Positions 1-9,367 of a stretch of DNA of 50,359 nucleotides are shown in pieces. How positions within the stretch are numbered: position 1 is the stretch's first letter; the number at the start of each line of letters is the position of its first letter. The notes under the pieces were generated by a model, which was not told the DNA's origin, ran no database searches, and saw only the letters and a program-made list of their open reading frames with translations. The stretch comes from a virus (Duplodnaviria > Heunggongvirae > Uroviricota > Caudoviricetes): IMG/VR virus record IMGVR_UViG_3300033062_000614. The stretch is one strand, 5' to 3'. Made by a program: the position numbers and the translations under genes.

Positions 1-61
1 CTTTACTGACCAGCAGAAGATAAGGTTTGTCAGAATAAAGGACAAATACTCTAGGGAGTAT

Positions 62-2215
62 TTGCCTTTGTTAACCAATTTGTCTAGAAGGTTGTTAACC
101 AAGACTGGCAGAGCTAGAAAAGGTCAAGCTGAGATTATTGAAGGAATACAAAAGGTTGTTAAAGCTATTGGTCAAGTTTCACAAGATGCTGAAAATGCAG
201 CAACGAATAAGGTAGCATTTACCTCTATAGAAGAGATAAAGAAATTTACTACTACGTTTGCTAACAATTTGAAGTCTATTGAAATAAAGGTAATGCAGAT
301 TATCAAAGCTGCTAGAGAAAATACTGCCCTTGAAAGAGAGATTAAAAGGGCTCAAGCTGAGACTGATGTAACTTTAGAAGAAGTTGAGAGAATGAGTCAA
401 CTTGCTACTGGGGTTATGCAAAGAACTGCTCCAGAGCTTAAGAAAGAGTTGACTCCCATAGAGGCTTTAGGTAAAGGCTTAGCAATAAAGACTGCAGGTG
501 CATTTCTTGGACCATTTGCTGGTATGGCTCAAGCAGCAGTTCAAACTGTTACGGGTCTTGTTAAACGACAAAGAGAAGAGCATATAGCTAGACAAGAGGC
601 TCAGTTTGCTGGGTTAGCTAGGTATGCTAGGGAAACTCCAGAGTCCTTTGTAGAGCGTAGAGAAGAGGTATCAAAAGTTGCAGGCACTCGTTTGCGTTCA
701 GGGGTCGAAAAAGAGGGTATACAAAAGCGGACTCCAAAGAAGATATTTGCAGGTGGGCAAGAAATCAATATGGGGGAACTTCCACCTCAAGTCCAAGAAA
801 CTCTTAGGGCTGGTATGGAGGAAGAGCCTGCAACTGCTAAAGAAAGACCTGTTATGCCTGAAGAGCCTATGGTAGAAGGGCAAGCTACAAGACCCGAAGA
901 GGGCAAACGAGAAAAGGGTAAAGCTGGAGTTGGGGGTTTGTTAGGTAAAGCTACTGCAGGTTCCTTAGCTGCGGCATTTATAACTTTCTTCAATAAAGAT
1001 GCTTATATGGCTAAGTGGACTAAGGAGGCTCTGAACTACCTTAGAATTATATCCCTGCAAAGAGGAGGCAAAGGTGGTGCTCTTGGATTTCTTGATAATC
1101 TTTTTGGGGGTGTAGGTGGTAAGCTAGGTAAGGTAGGGTCTGCTATAGGGTTTGGGGCAAAGACCTTATTTGGGGGCTACGGGGCTTTAGGTGGTGCTGC
1201 GGGGCTAGGAGGTATCTTATCAGGACTAGGTAAAGGAGGTCTTTGGGGCGGTCTAGTTAAGGGCGGTGCTAACCTACTAGGTATGTCCAAGCTAGCTACT
1301 GCAATTCCTATGATAGGTAAGTTTGCAGGGGTTCTTGGTAAGTTTGCTGGTCCAATTGGTTGGGCTCTTACTGCAATACAAGCGGGTATGGGAGCTGTTA
1401 AAGGAGTTAAGGCAGCAGGTCAGATATTTGGAACAGAGAAAGCGACACTAGGTCAAAAGGCTGCGGCAGGGTTTGGTGGGGCTTTAGAGTCCTTAACTTT
1501 TGGATTGCTTAAGAAAGAGAACGTTGCTAAGTTTACTTACTCTTTAAGCAAAGCGATAGGGGATAGCTTTAAGGCTCATCCCTTCAAAATGGCGTTTGCT
1601 TCTTTGCTTGGTCCACTTGGTCCAATTGGTATGGGTCTTGCAAAGATGTGGCAAGATAAGAAAAAGGGAGAGAGCTTAAAGAAAGCCTATGAACAAGAAG
1701 AGTTAGCCAAAGTTCAATTTATGAGAGCTGTTCCACAAGAGAAAAAGCTGAAGGCTTGGGAGAAAGCTGCGGGGCGTGAGTATAAAGCGGTTTCAGGGTT
1801 TGAGACCCCAGCAAGCCGTGAGTATAAAGCGGTTTCAGGGTTTGAGACCCCAGCAAGCCGTGAGTATAAAGCGGTTTCAGGGTTTGAGACCCCAGCAAGC
1901 CGTGAGTATAAAGCTATTACAGAAAACGCTCCTACAGCAAGAGCGGAAGACCAGCCTCTATCTCCTGTATTGAAAGAAAGTATACGACAAACAGTTCAAA
2001 CTATACCTGCTACTAATGAGGTAGCAAAGATACCAGAGTCCTTAGGGTCTATGACTTCACAACTGAACGGAACTATGAAAGAGTTAGCTTCTACCTTTAA
2101 GACCTCGCAAGCTAGGTCTCAATCAATCGTTACTAAGAGAACTGGGGATACCTATGGAATAAAAGACCCAATTCTTGATTTACTTAACTCTGGCAATTTA
2201 GGAGTAGCGACATAA
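62..2215 (+). CDS. Tail tape measure protein
   Basis: 717 aa with an N-terminal coiled-coil, a long Gly/Ala/Leu-rich amphipathic middle (GGLGAIAG-like, FAGPIGWALTAI) and a position directly upstream of the baseplate genes. The TTG start follows AGGGAG; the exact start is uncertain. Confidence 0.8.
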   Translation: MPLLTNLSRRLLTKTGRARKGQAEIIEGIQKVVKAIGQVSQDAENAATNKVAFTSIEEIKKFTTTFANNLKSIEIKVMQIIKAARENTALEREIKRAQAETDVTLEEVERMSQLATGVMQRTAPELKKELTPIEALGKGLAIKTAGAFLGPFAGMAQAAVQTVTGLVKRQREEHIARQEAQFAGLARYARETPESFVERREEVSKVAGTRLRSGVEKEGIQKRTPKKIFAGGQEINMGELPPQVQETLRAGMEEEPATAKERPVMPEEPMVEGQATRPEEGKREKGKAGVGGLLGKATAGSLAAAFITFFNKDAYMAKWTKEALNYLRIISLQRGGKGGALGFLDNLFGGVGGKLGKVGSAIGFGAKTLFGGYGALGGAAGLGGILSGLGKGGLWGGLVKGGANLLGMSKLATAIPMIGKFAGVLGKFAGPIGWALTAIQAGMGAVKGVKAAGQIFGTEKATLGQKAAAGFGGALESLTFGLLKKENVAKFTYSLSKAIGDSFKAHPFKMAFASLLGPLGPIGMGLAKMWQDKKKGESLKKAYEQEELAKVQFMRAVPQEKKLKAWEKAAGREYKAVSGFETPASREYKAVSGFETPASREYKAVSGFETPASREYKAITENAPTARAEDQPLSPVLKESIRQTVQTIPATNEVAKIPESLGSMTSQLNGTMKELASTFKTSQARSQSIVTKRTGDTYGIKDPILDLLNSGNLGVAT
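1775..1914 (+). repeat. Perfect 42-bp tandem repeat (3 full copies plus 14 bp) encoding REYKAVSGFETPAS
   Basis: The unit CGTGAGTATAAAGCGGTTTCAGGGTTTGAGACCCCAGCAAGC starts at 1775, 1817 and 1859, with a partial copy at 1901. It is in frame within the tape measure gene. Confidence 0.97.
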
Positions 2216-3081
2216 TGGCTAAATTCAATCCTAATGACATAGACAAAGTTATACATACAGTAGATAAGTATACTAGGGAAGCTTTGAAGATTATAGGCAA
2301 AGACCCTACTGTCCAACCAACTATTAGCCAAACTAGGGATGTTCGCCAAACAACTTCCTATAATGTTCCCGCAAATGGTCCAGCAGGAGTTATGGAATCC
2401 TTAGGTAGGTTAGGAGGTATGGGTAGTATAGCAACACCAGTGCCCTCAAGCCTTAAGGATATTCCAGAAGCTCACTTAGTAACAATACTTGATACGATAG
2501 ATGATAAAGTCCAAACTCCTATTTACGCAGCACTTCAAGATAAGGTAACCTTTCTAACTGAATCAAAATGGGAGTCCTTTAATGAGCTAGATGCAGGTAG
2601 GGGAGTAGATACGCAGATTATCAATGCAGTAGCTCAAGTCTTTAGACAATCTCTCTCCACAAGATTTGCTTCTAGAAGGATGTGGAAATCTACTTCTCCA
2701 GTATCAATTACCTTGCAACTTAAATTTGAGTCTGTAGAAAATTCTTGGAGAGATGTAGTAGAGCCTTGTTTAAGGTTGAATAAGTTAGCTCTACCTACGG
2801 ATGGAACTTTAGGTATTGGTAGTGTCAAGATACTAAACCCTCCTGGTCCAAGCCCCTTTACAGTAGGTAACAATAAGTTTAGGGGAGAGTGGATAGATAT
2901 ACAGGTAGGTAAATATCTGCTTTTCAAAACCGTAGTAGTAGAAACGGTATCAGTTACCTTCAATAAGAAGTTAGATACGGATGGGTTACCTATTAGTGCA
3001 GATGTAGCGATTACATTCCAGACTTACGAAGTTATAACTAAACAAACCCTTGAAGAATTTTACAAGGTAAAGACTACCTAA
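2215..3081 (+). CDS. Baseplate/tail tube initiator-like protein (contractile tail)
   Basis: Follows the tape measure gene. C-terminal beta-rich pattern (VVETVSVTF...DGLPISADVAITFQTYE) is typical of tube-initiator/gp48-gp54-like proteins. Confidence 0.55.
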   Translation: MAKFNPNDIDKVIHTVDKYTREALKIIGKDPTVQPTISQTRDVRQTTSYNVPANGPAGVMESLGRLGGMGSIATPVPSSLKDIPEAHLVTILDTIDDKVQTPIYAALQDKVTFLTESKWESFNELDAGRGVDTQIINAVAQVFRQSLSTRFASRRMWKSTSPVSITLQLKFESVENSWRDVVEPCLRLNKLALPTDGTLGIGSVKILNPPGPSPFTVGNNKFRGEWIDIQVGKYLLFKTVVVETVSVTFNKKLDTDGLPISADVAITFQTYEVITKQTLEEFYKVKTT

Positions 3082-3082
3082 T

Positions 3083-3388
3083 ATGGATAGGACGAAATTT
3101 TACGAGGAAGCTTTAGTTTTTGATAAGAAGGAATACGACTTCTTGGTTACTAATATAACGAATTTTAAGATGACGTATCCTCCCTTATACTATAGGGTCA
3201 ATACTACTGATTTGATGCGACCCGATATGATAAGTTTTAACGTATATGGCACAGTTAAGTATTGGTGGTTGTTAATGTTTGTAAATGGTATCTTTGACCC
3301 ATTCAATGATTTGTCAGCAGGTCAAAGGTTGACTATTCCTAACATTTTGGATATTTACGATTTCTATAAGCGTTATGCAAAGAGGTAA
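3083..3388 (+). CDS. Baseplate wedge protein, gp53/LysM-like
   Basis: RPDMISFNVYG...YWWLLMFVNGIFDPF...GQRLTIP matches the gp53/tail-X LysM-like signature. Confidence 0.8.
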   Translation: MDRTKFYEEALVFDKKEYDFLVTNITNFKMTYPPLYYRVNTTDLMRPDMISFNVYGTVKYWWLLMFVNGIFDPFNDLSAGQRLTIPNILDIYDFYKRYAKR

Positions 3389-3390
3389 TA

Positions 3391-4062
3391 ATGCCTAGTG
3401 GAGTTTATGTAAGAACAGAGAAATGGTACGAATCTATGAAAAATCTTGGTCCAATGCATTCTAAGAGCAAAACTGAATATTGGAAGATACACAAGAAAGA
3501 ACGAGAAATTCGTACTTGCGGTTGCGGTTGCGGGTTTGCTAAGAGAGTATATAAAGATTCTGCTTGGAAGTATAAACAAGGGCATTGGTCAAGATTACCT
3601 GAATACAACTTTGTTTTTGAGAAACGAAGTAAATCTATGATTGGTAAGAATAAAGGGAAACGTAGCTGGGCAAAGGGTTTGACAGCCAATACTTCTAGTA
3701 TTGTAGCCGTAGCTTCCCAGAAACGTAAAGCTAAGCAGAATGAAATTACGGCAAAGATTCTAAAGTCTAATTTAACAAAGCCGAATAAGTTTGAAATTCG
3801 AGCTTTGCAGTATTTAGAAAAAATCTATCCAGGGAAGTTTTCGTATTGTGGGGACGGTTCTCTAGTAATCAATGGGAGAAGTCCTGATGCTATTGATACA
3901 AAGACAAAAACTGTTGCGTTGCTTAATGGGTATTATTGGCATTTGAAGAAGCGGGGTTTAGAAGTAAACGATATTAACAAACGAATAGTAGAGAATATTG
4001 AATCAGAACCTTTCGTTTCAGCAGGTTACAAAGTAATCTTTGTTTGGGAAGACGAAATATGA
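3391..4062 (+). CDS. Free-standing homing endonuclease-like protein (Vsr/DUF559-type PD-(D/E)xK C-terminus)
   Basis: Basic N-terminus with CGCGCG. C-terminal SPDAID...LLNGYYWH...GYKVIFVWEDE resembles Vsr-like nucleases. It interrupts the baseplate gene run. Confidence 0.7.
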   Translation: MPSGVYVRTEKWYESMKNLGPMHSKSKTEYWKIHKKEREIRTCGCGCGFAKRVYKDSAWKYKQGHWSRLPEYNFVFEKRSKSMIGKNKGKRSWAKGLTANTSSIVAVASQKRKAKQNEITAKILKSNLTKPNKFEIRALQYLEKIYPGKFSYCGDGSLVINGRSPDAIDTKTKTVALLNGYYWHLKKRGLEVNDINKRIVENIESEPFVSAGYKVIFVWEDEI

Positions 4063-5258
4063 GCATAGCCCTACGAGGTAATTATTTCTTGAAGTTGAAA
4101 TTCGGGGAGACCTTAGTGCCTTTGAATCCTAGCACTATTGACGAGTTTACTATTGTTCAAGAAATGACAAAGTTTCTTCCCTCATTTAGATTGAAGCTAT
4201 CAGACCCTTCAGGTGTTTTCTCACATATATTGCCGTTTGATAGGGCTATGAGTAATGTTTCTATAGAGATAGGAGTAGACGAAACTGAAGAGCCTAAGAA
4301 CTCATTTGACTTTACAGTATTTAGAAGATTTCCTGTTAGCCAATTTACAACTTCGACAACTTATGATATAGAAGGGCTACTTAATACGTCAAATATTCTA
4401 TTAGCTACAGACCATTGCCGTAGTTGGTATGACAAAACAGTCAAACAAGTTTTAGAAGATATTGCTATAGAACTTGGTTGTGATACTAGGGATGTTAGCC
4501 CTTCCCTAAACTACAAGAAGTTGATAGTTCAACCGAGATGGTCAACTGCTCAACTTTTGAATGACTTAGCTAGTAGGTTGATAGGCTCTAATGGCGAGAG
4601 CTGTTTCAAATGTTTCATAAGAAAGAAAAACCGTCAAACTGAGTTTATCTTTAGAAGCCTTGATGAGCTTTGTAAGTATCAGAAACCTTCTGCTAAGTTT
4701 GTAATAAATGATGAGCCATTTCTCGATTTTACTCCTGTTTTTGATTATGATATATTTGAGAATTACAGGATTTTTGGGATATTCGGTTCAAAGAAACAGA
4801 GATATCAATACTTTGATTATTACGGCAACTTTTACGCAACTGCACAAGAACAAGCTAGTGATATGTTTTCGCTAGCTGACTATTTTCTAATTGATGGAAA
4901 TGACTCTGAAGATAGTGATACTCTTGTTGAATTCGGCAGAAACAATGAATTTACTAGAGATTACAAGGGCAATGTGCGGGCAACATACTACAATAGGTTG
5001 ATAGGTTTAACAAAGATGTGGATGACTACTTGGGGATTATATGATGTCGTTCCTGGTCAACTTGTGCAGGTTCTATTTCCTCAAGGCATCTCTTCTGGCA
5101 ATTTGTATTCTTATCAATATTCTGGATTTTGGTTAGTTGAGAAAGTTGTCCATATGTTTGGAGATACCCATAGAATGAAGTTGCTTTTAACAAGAAATGG
5201 GCTAGATACTGACAATTCTACGACTTTAGTAAAAGCTACCACAAAGAAGACGGCATAG
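4059..5258 (+). CDS. Baseplate hub protein (gp27/late control D-like)
   Basis: About 400 aa between the gp53-like and spike genes, with C-terminal YSGFWLVEKVVHMF...MKLLLTRNG. The start is placed at the ATG overlapping the upstream TGA. Confidence 0.65.
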   Translation: MSIALRGNYFLKLKFGETLVPLNPSTIDEFTIVQEMTKFLPSFRLKLSDPSGVFSHILPFDRAMSNVSIEIGVDETEEPKNSFDFTVFRRFPVSQFTTSTTYDIEGLLNTSNILLATDHCRSWYDKTVKQVLEDIAIELGCDTRDVSPSLNYKKLIVQPRWSTAQLLNDLASRLIGSNGESCFKCFIRKKNRQTEFIFRSLDELCKYQKPSAKFVINDEPFLDFTPVFDYDIFENYRIFGIFGSKKQRYQYFDYYGNFYATAQEQASDMFSLADYFLIDGNDSEDSDTLVEFGRNNEFTRDYKGNVRATYYNRLIGLTKMWMTTWGLYDVVPGQLVQVLFPQGISSGNLYSYQYSGFWLVEKVVHMFGDTHRMKLLLTRNGLDTDNSTTLVKATTKKTA

Positions 5259-5264
5259 GTGGTA

Positions 5265-5300
5265 GTCCTAGAAAGTCTGAGTCCCTAGGACGTTCTAGGA
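5265..5300. promoter_or_regulatory. Intergenic inverted repeats (possible hairpin)
   Basis: GTCCTAG (5265-5271) pairs with CTAGGAC (5285-5291); TCCTAGAA (5266-5273) pairs with TTCTAGGA (5293-5300). Confidence 0.3.
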
Positions 5301-5367
5301 GGTGTTATTAGATATACGGGGCTAGTTAGATATCAAGGTAGAGTGGGAGAAGGATAGAGAGGGATAA

Positions 5368-6192
5368 ATGCCTAGGGAGACTTTAGAAAAGAAAGACGTC
5401 AAATACTTTGGAATTTACCGAGGCAAAGTCTTGGACAATGTTGACCCCGACAAGTTAGGTAGGGTAAAAGTCCAAATATATCCCGCTTTTGCCGAGATTA
5501 TAGACCCTGCTGGTCTACCTTGGGCTGTTCCAGCAACTCCAATAAGTCAAGGGGCTGGACAATTCGACCCTAATGACATAACAAAAGAAGGTATTGGAAC
5601 TTTCATAGTTCCTAGAATAAATACGTATATCTTCTGTTTCTTCGAAGAGGGTGACCCCTATCAACCTGTTTACTTCGCGGAGGCTACTACAGCCAAATGG
5701 GGTATACCTATTGATAGGAGAACAAATGTTCTAAAGACTATCAAAGATACAGTAGATGAGCCTTCTGTTCCAATAGCCTTAGATGGCACTTGGGTTGAGG
5801 GTTATGATACAGAAGAGCCTAACTATCCTCATAACAAAGTCATAAAGACAATAAGTGGTATAGTTGTTGAGGTTGAGGACAAAGTTGAAGACCCTCAAAA
5901 AATTAAAGTAAAGATATTCCATCCCTCAAAGAGTTGGTTGGAATGGCATACTGATGGAACTTTGAACTTACACTTAGCAGGTAATGAACAGATTGTAGTA
6001 AAAGGCGGTAAGAATGAATACGTAAAAGGGACGTTCAACCTTACCGTCAATGGCAACCTTAATGCTAAGGTAGGTCAAAACTTGAATGTTGAAGTTGGTC
6101 AGATTATCAATGTGGTAACAGGTGGAGCTATAACTGTTACCGCTGGTGGAGTTGTTATTATACAAGGACCACTTGTTCATATAAATCCGTGA
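5368..6192 (+). CDS. Baseplate central spike (gp5/VgrG OB-fold plus beta-helix)
   Basis: YRGKVLDNVDPDKLGRVKV, LPWA, FFEEGDPYQPVY, and C-terminal V/G-rich beta-helix repeats ending GPLVHINP. Confidence 0.9.
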   Translation: MPRETLEKKDVKYFGIYRGKVLDNVDPDKLGRVKVQIYPAFAEIIDPAGLPWAVPATPISQGAGQFDPNDITKEGIGTFIVPRINTYIFCFFEEGDPYQPVYFAEATTAKWGIPIDRRTNVLKTIKDTVDEPSVPIALDGTWVEGYDTEEPNYPHNKVIKTISGIVVEVEDKVEDPQKIKVKIFHPSKSWLEWHTDGTLNLHLAGNEQIVVKGGKNEYVKGTFNLTVNGNLNAKVGQNLNVEVGQIINVVTGGAITVTAGGVVIIQGPLVHINP

Positions 6193-6199
6193 GGTTAAA

Positions 6200-6508
6200 A
6201 TGAAATTGCAGATTGCTAGAGAGATATTCTTGAATGATTTAAGTATAATGAAAGAGGTTTTGAGTTTAGCTGAATTCAAACTAGGTAAAGAAACGCAAGA
6301 TTACATATACTTCAAAAAGAAGATTATGGATAACTTCTACAACGGATTGATACGATTATTCCAAAAGCTCGAATATGAGAAGATTGTCCAAAAGTGTGAA
6401 TGTATGTCTAAGTTGAGACACGGGTATGCCCAATGCGATTCTTGTGGTGGGTCTGGGTATAAGAACTATGACCCAAAACCTGCAGAGGTAGCTCAAGCAA
6501 ATGGCTAA
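6200..6508 (+). CDS. Hypothetical protein with a Cys-rich C-terminus
   Basis: 102 aa, coupled between the spike and PAAR genes; contains CEC...CDSCGGSG. Confidence 0.6.
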   Translation: MKLQIAREIFLNDLSIMKEVLSLAEFKLGKETQDYIYFKKKIMDNFYNGLIRLFQKLEYEKIVQKCECMSKLRHGYAQCDSCGGSGYKNYDPKPAEVAQANG

Positions 6509-6773
6509 AATAACTGCTGTATTAGGAGACCCTAGTGACCACGGTGGAACTTTGATAACTACTAATCAAGATGGTAGGTATAAGCTAGCAGGTATAGTTG
6601 TTTGTGCCCACGGGTGTTTGCATAGTTGCCCGATACCTGGGCACGGGGTTACTGCGGTTTCAGCAGTTACAACACATTCTTACGTTAACCAGAAGTTAAT
6701 CATTACCACTGGAGCGGTAGCGGGATGCGGGGCTAAGATGACCCCACCCTTCAGAGGTCATATGGTAGAATAA
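6501..6773 (+). CDS. PAAR-like spike tip protein
   Basis: AVLGDPSDHGG, CLHSCPIPGHG and GAVAGCGA are PAAR-family motifs. Confidence 0.88.
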   Translation: MAKITAVLGDPSDHGGTLITTNQDGRYKLAGIVVCAHGCLHSCPIPGHGVTAVSAVTTHSYVNQKLIITTGAVAGCGAKMTPPFRGHMVE

Positions 6774-6774
6774 T

Positions 6775-7158
6775 ATGCCAGAAGCTAAATTAGAAGTTTG
6801 GTCGGACATTTTTCAAGATATATCAACAGATGGGCAAGGTCGTATTAAGAAGTCTGTTAACATAGAGGCGGTCAAAACCTCTATTGACAATATTCTAAGA
6901 ACCTACCCTGGTGAAAGAGTTATGTTGCCTGAATTTGCTAGTAGGTTGAAAGGGTTAGTATTTGAGCCGATTAGTGCGGCATTGGCTACAAGAATAAGTG
7001 ACGAGGTAAAGAGGGTTATTGAGGCTTGGGATGATAGAGTAACGGTAGCCTCTGTAGATTATCAGGCTGACCCCGATAGAAATCAAGTATCAATTACTGT
7101 TAGGTTTATTATTCGAGGTTACTCTGAAACCTTTCAGCATACAGTAACGGTTCGATAG
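6775..7158 (+). CDS. Baseplate wedge gp25/GPW-like protein
   Basis: SIDNILRTYPGERVMLPEFAS and IEAWDDRV match the gp25 signature. Confidence 0.9.
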   Translation: MPEAKLEVWSDIFQDISTDGQGRIKKSVNIEAVKTSIDNILRTYPGERVMLPEFASRLKGLVFEPISAALATRISDEVKRVIEAWDDRVTVASVDYQADPDRNQVSITVRFIIRGYSETFQHTVTVR

Positions 7159-7169
7159 GAGGACGTTAA

Positions 7170-8861
7170 ATGGCTAATGAGAATCAGAACCTTCTAAATT
7201 ATGTAGATTATGATTTTATATATTTGATTCAACAGCTCCAAGACAGGGTAAAATTAGCAGATACTTGGAAAGATACTTACCGCTCTTCTACAGGGCAGAT
7301 GTTGATAGAGCTTTATGCTTATGTAGCAAACCTTGTATTATACTACGTAGAGCGTAGAGCTGCTGAGAGTTACTTAGATACAGCTCAATTGAAGTCTAGT
7401 ATCATTAACATAGTAAAGCTTCTTAACTATCAACCAAAGCGTAGGGTTTCTGCTACAGGTAAGTTGACCTTCAGTTTGGCTACTATTTCCCTTAACAAGG
7501 TATTTATACCTAAGTATACTGAGTGCCAGACAAGTTCTGCTCTTAAATATCTTACAACTCAAGATGTTGTAATTATGCCTGGTTCTTTGAATGTTACTGT
7601 TGGAGGAATTCAAGGTTCTATTGTAGAGGTAACTCAAGTATCTGATGGCTCTTTGAATTACGAGTTAAAACTTTTGGATGCAGATATTGAGAATACCAAT
7701 CTATTCGTCTTTGTAGATGGGGTAGAGTGGACTAAGGTAGATTCCTTTATTGATTCTACTAATACCTCAACTCACTATAGAGCTATTCAAGAGATTGACG
7801 ATACAGTAACGCTTAGGTTTGGCAACAATATCTTTGGTAAGGCTCCTAGTAATGGTCAGACAATTCTAGTTAGGTATATCAAGTCAGATGGATTAGCTGG
7901 CAATGTCTATGAGCTTGGCAAAGTAACTCAAGTAAATTCTGTAATCTTTGACGATACTAGCACGGTTGTAGATACTACGGTTATAAACTCTGATGTATTC
8001 TTAGGTGGAGATGACGCAGAGAGTGCAGAGGAGATTAGAGCTGAAGCTCCTAGGGTCTTTAAGACTGGTGATAGGGCAGTCAATAAGGAAGATTACATAG
8101 CGTTGTTAGAGAACTATGCAGGAATAGCAACTGCTAACGCTTGGGGAGAGAATGAGGAGAACCCGCCAAACTATACTATGTTCAATAGGGTCAAGCTTGT
8201 AGTTTTGTTAGAGGAATGGGCGTTGCCCTCTGTTACCTTCAAACAACAACTCTCTGACTACCTATATACTAAGTCTATGTTGACAGTCAAGTATGAGTAT
8301 ATCAACCCTATCATAATTTATGCTATACCTGTTTTAGATGTTAAGGTAGCAAGAACAGGGTCTTTGTCTGCAGTTCAATCTAACGTAGAAACCGCTTTGA
8401 CTAATGAGTTTATCTTAGGGGATACTACTAAACTAGGTATATCAAAGAGGCTCTCAGACCTAGTGCATAAGGTAGAGATAGTAGATGGTTTATCTTATCA
8501 TCATATGTATTTGGTGTTAAGAAAGGTATTACCTGAGCCCTTTGATTCTTTCTATACCTTTGGGACTTACTTAGATTTGTTGTCCGTATTACCAAGGTCA
8601 GTTAAAATCTATGTAGGCACTCAACAGGTAGCTGTTGACGATGGGGCTGGGGCTTTTATCAACTTGTTATCTGCATATACGGTAACAGGGCTAGTCAACT
8701 ATACTACGGGTTACTTAGGGGTTAATATAGCTCCACCTCCTGGTTCTGGTGATGTGGTTTCAGTTAGGTATCAACAAAATCAGAGTGGAGATTTAGTAAT
8801 AGGTGCCAACCAAATATTGAGACTTTACGAAGTTGATATCACGAACATATCATTTGTATAA
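7170..8861 (+). CDS. Baseplate wedge gp6/baseplate J-like protein
   Basis: YVDYDF, ESYLDTAQ, LRFGNNIFGKAP, GGDDAES.EEIR..AP and RAVNKEDY. Confidence 0.9.
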   Translation: MANENQNLLNYVDYDFIYLIQQLQDRVKLADTWKDTYRSSTGQMLIELYAYVANLVLYYVERRAAESYLDTAQLKSSIINIVKLLNYQPKRRVSATGKLTFSLATISLNKVFIPKYTECQTSSALKYLTTQDVVIMPGSLNVTVGGIQGSIVEVTQVSDGSLNYELKLLDADIENTNLFVFVDGVEWTKVDSFIDSTNTSTHYRAIQEIDDTVTLRFGNNIFGKAPSNGQTILVRYIKSDGLAGNVYELGKVTQVNSVIFDDTSTVVDTTVINSDVFLGGDDAESAEEIRAEAPRVFKTGDRAVNKEDYIALLENYAGIATANAWGENEENPPNYTMFNRVKLVVLLEEWALPSVTFKQQLSDYLYTKSMLTVKYEYINPIIIYAIPVLDVKVARTGSLSAVQSNVETALTNEFILGDTTKLGISKRLSDLVHKVEIVDGLSYHHMYLVLRKVLPEPFDSFYTFGTYLDLLSVLPRSVKIYVGTQQVAVDDGAGAFINLLSAYTVTGLVNYTTGYLGVNIAPPPGSGDVVSVRYQQNQSGDLVIGANQILRLYEVDITNISFV

Positions 8862-8871
8862 GGAGGAACTA

Positions 8872-9366
8872 ATGGCGAAACATAATTTTTGGTTAGGTTT
8901 GTGGGAAATAACTCACAAAGATAAGTTTGGAAACATTTTGTTTCAAGAGGAGCTAAGGAACGCCTTAGCAGATGAAGGGGAGAACAGTATGCTTGACTCC
9001 TATTTTAGGAATCAAAATAACCCTGTTCAATACTACCTTCGTCTTTGTAATGATTCGCTTGACGAAACCGATACGCTTGCATCAATATTAGGAGAGCCTG
9101 CGGGGTCTGGGTATATTCCTCAGCTAATAGAAAGGTCTTCGGTAGGGTTTCCTATTATTGAACTAGATGCGGGCGATTGGAGAGTAATCTCAAAAGAGAC
9201 AACCTTTACAGCATTTGGAGGAGATATTGGTCCAGTGGTTACAGCATATCTAGCTACCACAATAGATAATACAGGTAAGTTGATAGCCTATGTGCCATTA
9301 TCAATGACTAGGACTATACTTGATGGGGATAGCTTGATTGCTAAACTAAAAATCAAACTAAAGTAA
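8872..9366 (+). CDS. Tail/baseplate structural protein
   Basis: AGGAGG lies 6 nt before the ATG at 8872. WEI...D..GN.L.QEE..N.L.DEGEN is a pattern it shares with 29223-29732. Confidence 0.6.
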   Translation: MAKHNFWLGLWEITHKDKFGNILFQEELRNALADEGENSMLDSYFRNQNNPVQYYLRLCNDSLDETDTLASILGEPAGSGYIPQLIERSSVGFPIIELDAGDWRVISKETTFTAFGGDIGPVVTAYLATTIDNTGKLIAYVPLSMTRTILDGDSLIAKLKIKLK

Positions 9367-9367
9367 A

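Noticed and set aside
1775-1914. CRISPR array
   Set aside because: The repeats abut with no spacers and lie in frame within a CDS.
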